Assembly (NCBI GenBank): GCA_043228905.1
Contig: JBHGNT010000494.1
Span: 1 to 22,828, forward strand
Reading direction: 5' to 3'
Length of the DNA: 22,828 bases
DNA from: Azolla caroliniana
Lineage: Eukaryota > Plantae > Polypodiophyta
Shown: one piece after another, positions 11,461-22,193 of the stretch
How the letters are laid out: each line of letters opens with the position of its first letter
Numbering within the stretch: position 1 is the first letter of the stretch
Made by a program: the position numbers and the translations under genes
The notes under the pieces: model-generated
Seen by the model: the letters and a program-made list of their open reading frames with translations, nothing else
Database searches by the model: none
Told to the model about the DNA's origin: nothing

Positions 11461-11700
11461 CCTGACGTTTCGCTAGCACAAGTATCAAGCTTCTCCTGAG
11501 GTCTTTCCATCTAAAATGACGTTCGCCCAGTCGTAAGTTGTATTTATATCTAGTTAAAAAGGGCGGGGCTTGGACTCCAACGTGGTGATTGGTGGGTGTT
11601 ACATCACCAAACCCCACCCACTTTAACAGAGTATAAATACAACTTCAACCAGCATTGGAAATAAAAAGACCTCAGAAAAAGCTTGCCACTCATGATAGCG
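11461..11700. mobile_element. Fold-back element with two inverted arms, each ending in a degenerate hammerhead-like motif (Penelope-like)
   Basis: 11535-11573 is an imperfect reverse complement of 11607-11645, and 11472-11506 of about 11665-11699. The minus strand of 11461-11506 reads cctCAGGAGA-agcttg...ctagc-GAAACGTC-agg. Confidence 0.6.
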
Positions 11701-12110
11701 TAGTACCTAAATCTCTAAGCCTAGTAAATAAATAGTACCAAATAACGGATACATATATACACCTTCGTAAAAAATACTTGGTGTTGTGAAGCATAACTGT
11801 AGAAAACTAATCCTTATATAATGGTCAAAACTTAACTTCTATATTGTTTGTTTGCAAAAGATTTAATAGACACAAAAATATATATAACACGTAAAATTCA
11901 GTAATTTACCAAATAAATAGTAAAAATATCCAAAAATAGTGGAATATCCTCTTTAGTAAACTGTAGGGCCCGTCAAGAAAGTTTAAGGTAAATGGAAACG
12001 TGCTTCAAATATGTTTGGTAAAATACGTACCTGATAATTAACATTATAATTTTTTAAAATTTATTTCCCAGTACCCCGAAACTTTCTTGACCTGACAAAT
12101 CACAAACGTT

Positions 12111-12235
12111 TTAAGGTGCGAAATTGTTAGCGACTTCTTTCAGTTGCTCCGGTTTGAAGACTCCCTTTTCCGTGATAATTCCGGCAATTAAAGATGCCGG
12201 AGTTACGTCGAAAGCTGGATTCCAACACTGGATAC
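12111..12235 (-). CDS. MRI1: Methylthioribose-1-phosphate isomerase, exon 6 (last)
   Basis: (G)[40 protein letters not shown]. Acceptor AG at 12237-12236; stop TAA at 12113-12111; conserved NPAFDVTP motif. Confidence 0.95.
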
Positions 12236-13652
12236 CTAAAAGAAATCTCTCGAATTATATGTATTGTAATTATGTGTAGATTAATGTATGATAATTATAC
12301 GGAATTTAAATGATCTAGAAAAAAAAGAACCATTTAGTCATTCTCGTTGAGACAATTAATCAGAACGATAAACCACTGGAAATAAATCTTTGTTGTGTCA
12401 TAATTAGAAGCATTTAGTTTCATATCATTTAAAACAAGCTTTTAGAGAATTTCGAAGATCTAGAAAAAAAAAATTAAAATAAGGCAATACGAAAGAATGT
12501 TAAAAAAAAATTTAATATACTAGATCCTATAAGTGATACTTCTAATTTTGTATGTCCAAATTAATTTTGTCGGTTGATGTTGTTGCCTCATTTAAACAGA
12601 TTTTCAAATACTCAAAATTAATTCGTGTGCGCATTTGAGATTTAACATGAGAATTAAGATTTAAAAAAAACTGTTCACAGGTTTAAGTGTTTCCAAATAG
12701 CAAAATCATCAATAGAGCATTGTTTGTAAAATTCAGTATATTTCTCCATATCTTAATATGATTTGTAAAACAATTCCAAACCAACCTGATTAATTTTTTT
12801 TTTATATCTGTGAATAACAACACATTTCACAATGTTCCAATTTACCATAAAAGAATTGAGTGAAGATCTAATTAATAAAATCAACAAATAATATTGGTCC
12901 ACAATGCTAGCAGATACTTAAAACCAATTAGTTTTACATAGTGTCCATTCGTTTAGCTTTAAATTATTAATTTAAAGTATCAGCGTAGCACAGATTTTTT
13001 TCTGTTTTCAAATGGCCTAAACTAACAATAATTAAACCAATTTTCAATAACTTAAAAGTTAAAATATTCATTAGTTAGAAAATTTTAAGGTATTAATTGT
13101 TATAGAAAGAATTTATATTATTTAAGAAGCACTTAAAAACACAATGTAACACTTGGTACTTTCAAAAATTCTATTATTATATTAATCTTTACAGATAGTT
13201 AGATAATAAAATTAAATACGTGATTCATGTATTGGTCAATTAAATAACAGGGTATGAGATTTCTTAGCATAGTACCTAATATTAAATAAAATTTATATTA
13301 ATGACAAACGCGCGATAGGAACAACTAAAAAGATAATAAAATACTTTTCTGCACAAAAACTTTCAAGTAGATGTATTACTCAGCTTAACCAGAAATCCCT
13401 GTTCTCTGAGAAACATTGATATTATAGGGGGAATCAAAGAATGTTTATTAGCTGTAGAGTACCGGATTATTCGCCAAAAAAAAAAAAGGTTCACACTAAA
13501 CAAACATTCAATAACTATGCGTTTCAGGACACATTTTGTTGTCGCACACGATCACCTTTCACATTATGCGCAATAAAAATAAACAGATGTCGACTAAAAG
13601 CATATTTAGTTTTTACATGACTACTATAATACCTAAGTTTAATGTACGTTAC

Positions 13653-13854
13653 CTTTGGCGGCTATTCTATGTTCGCCGACATGAGTCATTTCTCTATCTG
13701 GCCTTTCTTCGATTACAATATGATCTCCGCTCGAAATCTTCATATCTATGGAGGTAAACGGTGCGGCTACGTAGAATGGTACTCCGTGGTACTTGGCTAC
13801 GACAGCCATTTGGTATGTTCCTATTTTATTGGCGGTGTCGCCGTTGGCAGCCAC
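13653..13854 (-). CDS. MRI1: Methylthioribose-1-phosphate isomerase, exon 5
   Basis: [32 protein letters not shown]...IEER...RIAAK. AG/GT boundaries, phase 0 to phase 1. Confidence 0.96.
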
Positions 13855-13888
13855 CTAAAATCACAATTATGTATAATTATGGCAACAC

Positions 13889-14020
13889 TTTTTGAAGTGA
13901 AAACTTCTTTAAAATCATTATATGGGACCCGATGAAACGAAAAAAACGACACTAAAAAGAGGCACACATATCGATCTTAAAGTATATGTATAGCCTGCGA
14001 GAGAATGAGATAGAACACAG
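13889..14020. repeat. ~130-bp dispersed repeat in MRI1 intron 4; inverted copy at 19629-19760
   Basis: 13989-14020 is an exact 32-nt reverse complement of 19629-19660, and similarity extends through gaaaacttcttta...gatgaaac...cgacactaaaaagag. Confidence 0.85.
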
Positions 14021-14567
14021 TTATACTTGAGATTATTTAAACGCTCAAAAGTGGCACTTGAAAATAGCGACATCTCGAGACCCGAAGATTTTTATAATTA
14101 ATATGGTAGATCGTTACACTTACTTTGTAAAGCAGTGCAACCACGGAACGATAGAGGACAGACTTTTTATCTGGTGGTTAATAATCACACGCGATGGAGT
14201 TAAAACCGTCATTAAAACAAACTGAAAGAAAATGAGACGAAGAAAGTATTAGGAGCGGGATAATTATCGGTTGTTGCAATAACGTTCACTTGAATTTATG
14301 AACTTTATTACAATGAACCTATAATTTTTCCCCTCCTAATACGTCTCATCGCATTCTCTTTCAGTTTGTTACACTTCTATAACGTGTCACCGTCAGACGC
14401 ACTTGGTTTTTTTTACAATTATAATATTTCCACAGGATATTTCACATCTTCCGTTAAAAATGTTTGTTCATGTGTGACAAATTCAACTATTAAAAATTTA
14501 ATTTGTATCATAGAACAGCAACCAACAGGATATGTTATATATATAAAAAATAAACACTGAAACTTAC

Positions 14568-14731
14568 CCTATCTGCCCCCACAACCACTGCCGAAATATT
14601 CCGAGTTTTCATGAGCGCAGACACCATGCTATCGCAAATTAGCGTGGCGGGAATTTTTTCGTGCACCAGCTCGTAAGCGGTCAGTCTAGCCCCTTGGTTG
14701 TACGGCCTCGTTTCCGTACAATATACGTGCT
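14568..14731 (-). CDS. MRI1: Methylthioribose-1-phosphate isomerase, exon 4
   Basis: (E)[35 protein letters not shown]...VVVGADR. Donor GTAAGT; [12 protein letters not shown] and GADR motifs. Confidence 0.97.
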
Positions 14732-16095
14732 CTAATGTAAACATTATTTTAATTTCAAAAATTAACCAACTAAGAAAACAAGCATAATGGTGTGGCAATA
14801 GCTTCAATTTCAAAATTTCAAGGTATTATATAAATTGTTACCTACATTTAAGAATGAAAACTAACTAATTTAAAAAGAATTATTACAAAATAAACCAATC
14901 AGCTCTGACTCCTATTCAGATCACTGTACATCAGACAATTGAACAGTGACATTCTAGTACTAGTTTTGACATATTTTCTACCCATGTTTGACATGAACAT
15001 AGAACCCATCTTTGACAATATGGGTTTTAAATAACGTCAGTATTATCTTATCTAAATGTCCATTATTATTTTTAAAGTAATATGTTCCTTTAAACTTTTG
15101 TGCCGAATCATAGGCCAAATTAAAATGCAATATTCCATTGCAAAACAAACAAATCGAAAGTAACAGTTTTATAAATATGAGTCTAATACTCTTCAGATGA
15201 AGAATAGCCCAAGGTCCAATTTAGACCATATTTTATAAATTTAAACTGTTTTTGCAGAAGACCATATAGAACACATAGCACAAATATCTTTTTACCAATT
15301 GTATCAATAGTATGTCCAAAAATACTTCTTTTGGAACCACCAAAAAATCATTTTTTAGTTTAAAATGTTATGATATCCCCTAATACAGGTCACGTTTTTT
15401 CATAATGTTTATAAAAGCCCATAAAACATTTCCAATATATTATCATCGGGAAGTGGATTAATAAACTTATTACTTAATCTTTATTTTGATTACACATCAT
15501 AAAATTAATATTATTTAGTATCATTTACTTGTAAAATGTATTAATATATAACTTAAAATATTTTAAGACTAGAAACTAAAAAGAAGTTTTCAATGAAACC
15601 ATTTTAAATTAATTTTAACAGTTTAACAAATACATATCCTACTAAATTCAATATTTTTCCGTTTAAAAGATTTAAAATTAGAAAATACAAACCAACTTTA
15701 ATTTTGTCACTGAATAATTGGCATTGAAGCCGACCTTAGCCAAAAACACATCATTTTGTCTTTTATAATAAATGTTTAAAAGCATTTTGAATTATGTTTG
15801 AGGGGTTATCTCTTCAACTTATCAACTTTAAAAAAGTATTGCTACAAACAAAATAAAATCCCCCATTGTTAATAAAGTATACAAGAGATAAATCACCATG
15901 TCACCTACCTTAGCTAAGATGCTTTTATACACTAGTAATATCAATATTATTGTGGTTCCAAACACTTGTCAATATTTGCTTTTTTGTTATAAATACACGA
16001 ATCAAAAAAGAATCTTTACAGCTTAAATATCATTAGTGAAAATAGTGCAATAATAAATACCAAAAACTTTGAACTAACTAAATATATATCTTTAC

Positions 16096-16304
16096 CTAGT
16101 CGTTTCATGGTTTGCAGGCTTCGAATAACGCCAAGGGCTGTCCCATAACCCGCAGTGGCTAAAGATCCTGTATTGCAGTGCGTTATAACTCGCACCTGAC
16201 TGTCTCCAGATACACGACTTAAAATTTCTTTGGCTCCATTATCACCGATGGCGGTATTATCAGCTATGTCTTTTTCTAACATATGCTGAATTGTCGTTAG
16301 GAAC
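16096..16304 (-). CDS. MRI1: Methylthioribose-1-phosphate isomerase, exon 3
   Basis: [16 protein letters not shown]...[25 protein letters not shown]...KRL. Contains the catalytic [10 protein letters not shown] motif; phases agree with the neighbouring exons. Confidence 0.97.
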
Positions 16305-16623
16305 CTTTAACAATAATAAGTCGTCCCCAATATAAAATACAACTAAGCCCATGGTAAAATATAGACAATATTCTAAAGTATATGAAAAAAAAGCTAACCC
16401 ATCGACCATTTATTTCATAACAGTGAGCCTAAATCTATCTAAAAAATTTAACCCATTTTACAGTTTTAGTAGTGTTAATTTGAAAGTTTTTATCTCATTT
16501 GCACCTAGTCAATTTTGGGAAAAGTATGTAATGTTGAAAATTAAAAACACTTACATATATTTCTTAGTAGTAAAATTAATACCAACTTATAATATTTATA
16601 AATCATCCTATATTTTTACTTAC

Positions 16624-16859
16624 TTTACTTTCATATCATCTAAAGTCACAGTCTCATCTTTACTTAGTTGGTTGGCCAGCTCGATAAGTTCTTCGGCCGC
16701 AGTTTTCATGTTAACGGCTGTAGGACGAGAGGAGACCAAATAGTTAAGTTTTCCCTCGACGTCCTGCCGGAATTGTTTTTTGCTGTCGAATTTTTCATTT
16801 TGTAATTCGACCGCAAGGCTCAGGCAACCAACGATTGCGATGGCCGGAGCACCTCTGAC
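16624..16859 (-). CDS. MRI1: Methylthioribose-1-phosphate isomerase, exon 2
   Basis: VRGAPAIAIVGCLSLAVEL...LVSSRPTAVNM...DDMKV. VRGAPAI and RPTAVN motifs; acceptor tgtag, donor gtaagt (phase 2). Confidence 0.96.
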
Positions 16860-17275
16860 CTACAGTTTAAGTAGAGAAAAATTAATACATTAAAATATGT
16901 TTACATGTAAACAACAAATCATGAAATAAAATATACTTAACTAAAATAAACAAAGCAAAAAGTGTGACCAAAAGTTCAAGTAAACTAAACAGTAAGTCCT
17001 TTATGTTTAATTTTTAAGAGATTTAGGGGCGAATTGAGTTTTTGAAATTAACAACAAGGATTTATGTGTATATTAAGGTGGCCAAATGAATCAATTACCA
17101 AAAAACACAAGGTTTATACTCATATTTTATTATAGTAATGATTAATAATCAAAATATTAAAAGATAAATTAAACTTTATAGAGATCAGATTACAACTTCA
17201 GGGACTAAAGTTGTTATTTTACTGTCCATTAACCTTGGTTTAATGAAATTTGACCTGTCCAAAAGGAAAACTTAC

Positions 17276-17413
17276 CTGCATTTTATTAATAACTTTCCAG
17301 CCATCTTCAACCCCCTTAACTTTAATATACTTTGTGGCAGCTGGTAGAAGAAGCTGGTCTAAAATTTCCAAACTATTGGCGGCTTGATCGTAAATAATGG
17401 CTCTTAGAGACAT
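17276..17413 (-). CDS. MRI1: Methylthioribose-1-phosphate isomerase, exon 1
   Basis: MSLRAIIYDQAANSLEILDQLLLP...VEDGWKVINKMQ then gtaagt. The six exons total 1074 nt, giving 357 aa plus stop without frameshift. Confidence 0.95.
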
Positions 17414-17420
17414 TTTTTCG

Positions 17421-18295
17421 ATAAAATTAAATTAGCTTGGCCCACCGCAAGTCTCTTAAATTGATAAATGTGGCTAATACTTAAGTAAATATCACATCAG
17501 CATTATCTTTTTTCCAAAATCACTTTTGCGTAATCAAAAACTAACAGTTTTTATCTTCCGTCTAAAACCGGCACAAAGATTTCAATGTCATTTAAATTAA
17601 AAAATGGCTCTGGTTGCGGCGCCGTGGATCGGACGTTGGCGCTGCAACACTTGAACCTTAAGTAAAACTGCGTATTCGCGATTTGTCGACAACCATTTTT
17701 TTAAACAAGTTACACAAAAAATAAATAAGATACTAGATTTTATAAATTAAAACTGAAGCTTGACCCACCGCAAGGGTCATAAATTAATAAATGTAGGTAG
17801 TGCTTTGAATTAAATTAAATATTTGAATGTCATTTAAATTAAAAAAGGCTCTGGTTTCATCACCGCGAATCGGACGTTAGCATTGCCACACTTGAACGTT
17901 TCGTAAAACTGCAAGTTTGCGATTTGGCGCATGCAGCGTTTTATTGTACTAAATGACACAAAAAAATAAATAAGTTACTAAAATTTTAAGACTGGAAGTC
18001 GGCAAGTCTTTTAAATTGAAAATGAGGCTTATATTAGAGTAAATATCACGCCAGCATTTTTTTTCAGTATCACTTTTACCTAATCAAAAACAGTTTTTAT
18101 CTTCAGAAACTAAAACCGTCGCAAAGATTTCAATGCCATTTAAATTTTTAAATTGTCCCTGGTTAAAGCACCGTAAATCGGACCTTAGAATTGCCACTTG
18201 AGCGTTTCGTAAAACTGCATATTTGAGATTTGGCGAATGAAGCATTAATTTTTGTACTAAATCACACAAGAAAATAATTAAATAACTAAATTTAT
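17421..18295. repeat. Three diverged tandem copies (~240-330 bp) of the MRI1 5' flank
   Basis: Shared blocks aatgtcatttaaatt...ctggtt...atcggac...cacttga...gtaaaactgc...gatttg...acacaa begin near 17584, 17826 and 18132. Copy 2 lacks the gtaaatatcac...tttttatcttc block seen in copies 1 and 3. Confidence 0.9.
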
Positions 18296-18524
18296 GAAAA
18301 AAAACACTATAAGTACTACATCCAAATCAGGCGTAGAAAGAAAAACCAAAATAAATTGGAATATGCATATAATATATTTTTCAACATTTACATTGCACAT
18401 GTTCAAATTTTTGATTACAAGCTTATATTAGTTGTCCCTTGACTCCCAAATCAAAATTGTGTTAATAAGATACATTTTTTTATAATCCCTAAATAAAATA
18501 TAATTATTATTAAAACAGTATTTT

Positions 18525-18575
18525 CTAGGCCACTACATTCCATGGTTTAAAGGTTCCTGGTTGTGGTTCTTTAAG
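18525..18575 (-). CDS. Xdh: Xanthine dehydrogenase-like, last coding exon
   Basis: tttacag|LKEPQPGTFKPWNVVA*. Matches the typical XDH C-terminal F.PW motif; stop TAG at 18527-18525. Confidence 0.9.
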   Translation of the reverse strand, partial: LKEPQPGTFKPWNVVA

Positions 18576-18654
18576 CTGTAAAAAAATTTAAAAAATATAT
18601 AAAAACGAAGGTGGACATGATATTTATCAATGTAAAAGTAACAATATCTAATAC

Positions 18655-18822
18655 CTTTGATGTTATATTGTCCAAACAGGCCATTCTAATCTGTGCAGCG
18701 GTACATGGGGCATTCAAACTAAATGAAGTTGTAATTCCATATTCTCGCCTGGCAGCTTTGATAGCTTCTTTAATAGCAAACAAAGAGGCAGATGCTAAAA
18801 ATAATGGTGGTTCTCCAACAGC
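18655..18822 (-). CDS. Xdh: Xanthine dehydrogenase-like exon
   Basis: AVGEPPLFLASASLFAIKEAIKAARR...IRMACLDNITSK. Contains the catalytic Glu of the GEPP motif. Confidence 0.95.
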
Positions 18823-19393
18823 CTACAAGAGTCCATTAAAAAAACCTCATTATATCTACGACATACACTATATATCCGAAATATTTAATCATCATTAGTA
18901 ATAAGCTTGTAATTATTAATTAAAAGCACACTATAAGAGTAGATGTATTAAAAAATCATAAAATTTAAAATGAACACCCTTGTTTTTTGTTCGCGCATAT
19001 AAACCTACTCTATATTGGTGTTAACAAGCCAATGACCTGTGGCCATGCATAGTTTCTTTCTAATCATCCTGGTAGGATTTTCGATAGGTGACATACATTC
19101 TTCGATCATTTTTATAATAAGCTGATAAATCGCCTTGTAGCAATGGTATCATAATAAATAAGAAGAAGATATTCCAGTGGCGTAACACTTAGTCAGAGAA
19201 ACGTCAGCACTGCATACATGTAAGCTCGATCTGTTATCACAAAATAAGGAAATTTGATTAGATTCCATACCTCGATTCTTATTTATTTATTGAACCATTA
19301 AAATGATATATACTTCTTATACCTACACTGTCCAAAAAGTACATTAAACTATTAAACATTATTAAAAAAATAAAACACTAAATTTCATTTTAC

Positions 19394-19617
19394 CTTCGAA
19401 GAATATACAGCCCTGGGATTGGAAGAACCTTTGAGCAAAGAAACGTTAAATTCGGCCGGTATATCCCCGAGTCCCGGTAACTTATAAGTCCCCGGACCTC
19501 TTGACAATAACGTTCCTGTAGGAGAATACATAAGTTCTTCCATGACGAATAGTCCATAGCCTTGCATGAAAGCACCTTCTACTTGGCCTATATCGATGGC
19601 AGGATTCAAACTTTCAC
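19394..19617 (-). CDS. Xdh: Xanthine dehydrogenase-like exon
   Basis: (G)[28 protein letters not shown]...[10 protein letters not shown]...[12 protein letters not shown] boundaries. Confidence 0.97.
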
Positions 19618-20078
19618 CTGTAAAATATCTGTGTTCTATCTCATTCTCTCGCAGGCTATATACTATAAAATATATATGTACGTCTCTTTTTAGTGTCGCT
19701 TTTTTGTTTCATCGAGTCCCAAATGACTCCCAAAGATTCTAAAGAAGTTTTCAATAAAAAAATATGATATTTAAAAAAAATCGTTATATTTTTCTGTCAG
19801 TGTCAAGTTTTAGATGAAAGTTTGATTTACGGAATGTTTCAATTCTATCGCGTGTGACCGTCAGACGCACGTTGATTTTTAAACGTATTAGACAGGAAAA
19901 TATAATATTAATAAAATAAGGGTATAAGATAGTTTAGCCTCATGCTCTATATTTTCTTCAAAGAAAATACATCGTCAATCCACAGAATTGAATCATACGA
20001 AAAAACTAAGATTTTTTTGACAAGTCAACTGCAGGTTAATCTCGCTTAAATATCTGGTTAAATATCATAAAATCTTAC

Positions 20079-20352
20079 CCAAATCCATAACAATATCAGT
20101 CCGTAGAACCCTATGATCACCGGTAAGGGTGTCGATTTCGACTTCCGTACACGCGACCCCATAATCGAAATAGTTATATAGAAATCCCGTATTCGTTTTG
20201 ATGTCGTAACCCACATCCGGAGTCTTGTAAAATCCTGTTGCGGAAAGACTAACTCTATCGAAATATGCGCTTTTGACCCAATCTTCCCATTTGCCCTTAG
20301 GGTTGGCCTCTTTGTAAGGCTTAAGACGTTCCTTGATGATTTGGCAGGCGTC
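20079..20352 (-). CDS. Xdh: Xanthine dehydrogenase-like exon
   Basis: [26 protein letters not shown]...[10 protein letters not shown]...[26 protein letters not shown] boundaries. Confidence 0.97.
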
Positions 20353-20567
20353 CTGAGGGAAAATAGATTTTATCAGATAAAACTTCACAGTCCGGATACA
20401 CTTTTTGAAAAGAAAAATTTGGACGAAGCGCAGAGTCCAAACATGAAATTAATATATAAAAAATATTATATCAAATTAGGCAATTTAAAAATCCCTGTAA
20501 TTATTACCGATGGGATTGTAAATTTTACATTTTAATTTAACGAGTTTTAATTCAAATCCTAGATCTA

Positions 20568-20634
20568 CCTTCTCCATCTCCTCCTCCTCTTATTCCTCCT
20601 AATCATCCTCTTACTCCTTCTCCTACTCCTCCTC
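20568..20634. repeat. Degenerate (CCT)n polypyrimidine microsatellite
   Basis: ccttctccatctcctcctcctcttattcctcctaatcatcctcttactccttctcctactcctcct. Confidence 0.8.
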
Positions 20635-20751
20635 TAAGAGAAGGTTTTCTCACAAACTTACTTCTAGCGGAATAAATAAAAATTTTATTCGATTACCATT
20701 GGTATTTTATTATTTTTTCGATAGTGTTTCTTGGGTTTTATGCAGGATGTG

Positions 20752-21359
20752 TTATTTTAAAGCCAAACCAAACCAATATATTTTTTCCAAGACCATCATA
20801 AGTATTTTTTTCGAGCCAAAAAATGATCTCTATACAATCGCAAAAAAATCGTAACTTTACTATTTCAGGCCCTAGCGACCTCTACCAGGGCTTATTTTAA
20901 AGCCAAATCATTCCTTTTTAACAAACTACAATATATTTAGTCCAAGACTATTAAAAGTATTTTTTTCAAGCCATATAATGACCTCATACAGTAAAAATCA
21001 AACATCGTTTCGGAAAAAAAATCATTACTTTACTAGTTTATATCCTAGCAACCTCTATAAATGTTTATTTTAAAACCAATGCGTTTCTCTATATCATACT
21101 ACAATATATTTAGTCCAAGAATATAAAAAGATTTTTTTTTAGTCAAAGAATGATCCCATACAGTAAACATCAGACATCGTTTCGGAAAAAAAATCATACC
21201 TTTACTAGTTTAGGCCCTAGCGACCTCTACCAGGGCTTATTTTAAAGCCAAAACGTTCCTCTTCGACATACTACAATATATTTTTTCCAAGACCATAATA
21301 AGTATTTTTTTCGAGCCAAAGAATGATCCCATACAGTAAAAATCAGACATCGTTTCGGA
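20752..21359. repeat. Satellite-like tandem array, ~172-173-bp unit, ~3.7 copies, in an XDH intron
   Basis: The anchor ttattttaaa recurs at 20752, 20892, 21065 and 21237, with shared caatatatt...tccaaga...catacagtaaa...acatcgtttcgga...cctagc.acctcta. The first unit is shortened to 140 bp. Confidence 0.92.
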
Positions 21360-21445
21360 TGCGATAATCTTTTAACCAACTAATTTTTACATAATTTGCA
21401 GTCTTATTTTTTTTTCAATCACCAAACTTTTAATTAATAACTTTA

Positions 21446-21504
21446 TGTTAAAGATTGGTCTGACGCGCCATCTACCATTAACGGTAGAAATCAAAGCGAG
21501 ACAG
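21446..21504. repeat. Further copy of the 10011-10135 repeat arm
   Basis: tgttaaagattggtctgacgcgccatctaccattaacggtagaaatcaaagcgagacag matches the reverse complement of 10077-10135. Confidence 0.88.
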
Positions 21505-21567
21505 CGGACAAAAGGTGTTGGTTTAATCTGGGGATAATAATAATAATAATAACTTAATTCGACATAC

Positions 21568-21737
21568 CAAAATCGCCATTCCGCATAAATCGCTTCCAGT
21601 ACTAGCTGCTGTTGGACTACTGTTCGGTATAGTCTCAGTAGCTGTAATACCAGTGTGTATCAAGTCAACAGGAATTTCTAACGCCTTACTGGCCACTTGA
21701 ATCATTTTAGTGTGAAGACCCTGACCCATTTCGACAC
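21568..21737 (-). CDS. Xdh: Xanthine dehydrogenase-like exon
   Basis: (G)[22 protein letters not shown]...[20 protein letters not shown]. Molybdenum-cofactor-domain EMGQG and PTAAS motifs. Confidence 0.97.
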
Positions 21738-21801
21738 CTTAAACGAATACAATAAAGCTATGTTTAAAGTAAACATATTTTATGAAAAATGTATCTAATA
21801 C

Positions 21802-21938
21802 CTGGATGGTGCAAAAGAACAGATCCATCGGTGTATACTAAAACTAAAGCGCCAGCTTGGTTTAAGAAAGTTGGCCCGAAGGCTATGCCGTATTTCGTAG
21901 GAGTTACGGAGATTCCTCGTTTTTTGTACCGATGTTGG
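21802..21938 (-). CDS. Xdh: Xanthine dehydrogenase-like exon
   Basis: (S)[49 protein letters not shown] boundaries with consistent phases. Confidence 0.95.
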
Positions 21939-22056
21939 CTAAAAATTAATCATTGACTTTATTTTGTATAAATAAACATACAAAATCAGTAACACTAAAA
22001 TTGTATTTTTGTTTGGAAATAAAAAGCATGTAGTTTAATTGTATTTAAATTTTTAC

Positions 22057-22193
22057 CTGTTAAAGATTTCTATTTCTTTTTTTCTTTGATAGTATCCCGA
22101 TGAATCGATACACTCTCTCCAACATTTGTCTATATTACAAATTTCAATTTTTTGGTTGTATGGTGTTAACTCACCTTCCTTGTACAGATTAAT
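22057..22193 (-). CDS. Xdh: Xanthine dehydrogenase-like exon (most 5' one in the window)
   Basis: INLYKEGELTPYNQKIEICNIDKCWRECIDSSGYYQRKKEIEIFN. Acceptor ttttag, donor gtaaaa. Confidence 0.93.

Noticed and set aside
12111-17413. Alternative call as an eIF2B alpha/beta/delta subunit
   Set aside because: [23 protein letters not shown] and [12 protein letters not shown] are characteristic of MRI1/MtnA.
18571-18654. ORF-track extension of XDH (VLDIVTFTL...FFTA) as the C-terminus
   Set aside because: It reads through a GT-AG intron (18654-18576); splicing gives the conserved ...FKPW ending.
20752-21359. CRISPR-like array
   Set aside because: Whole units repeat with no unique spacers, and the context is a eukaryotic intron with no cas genes.
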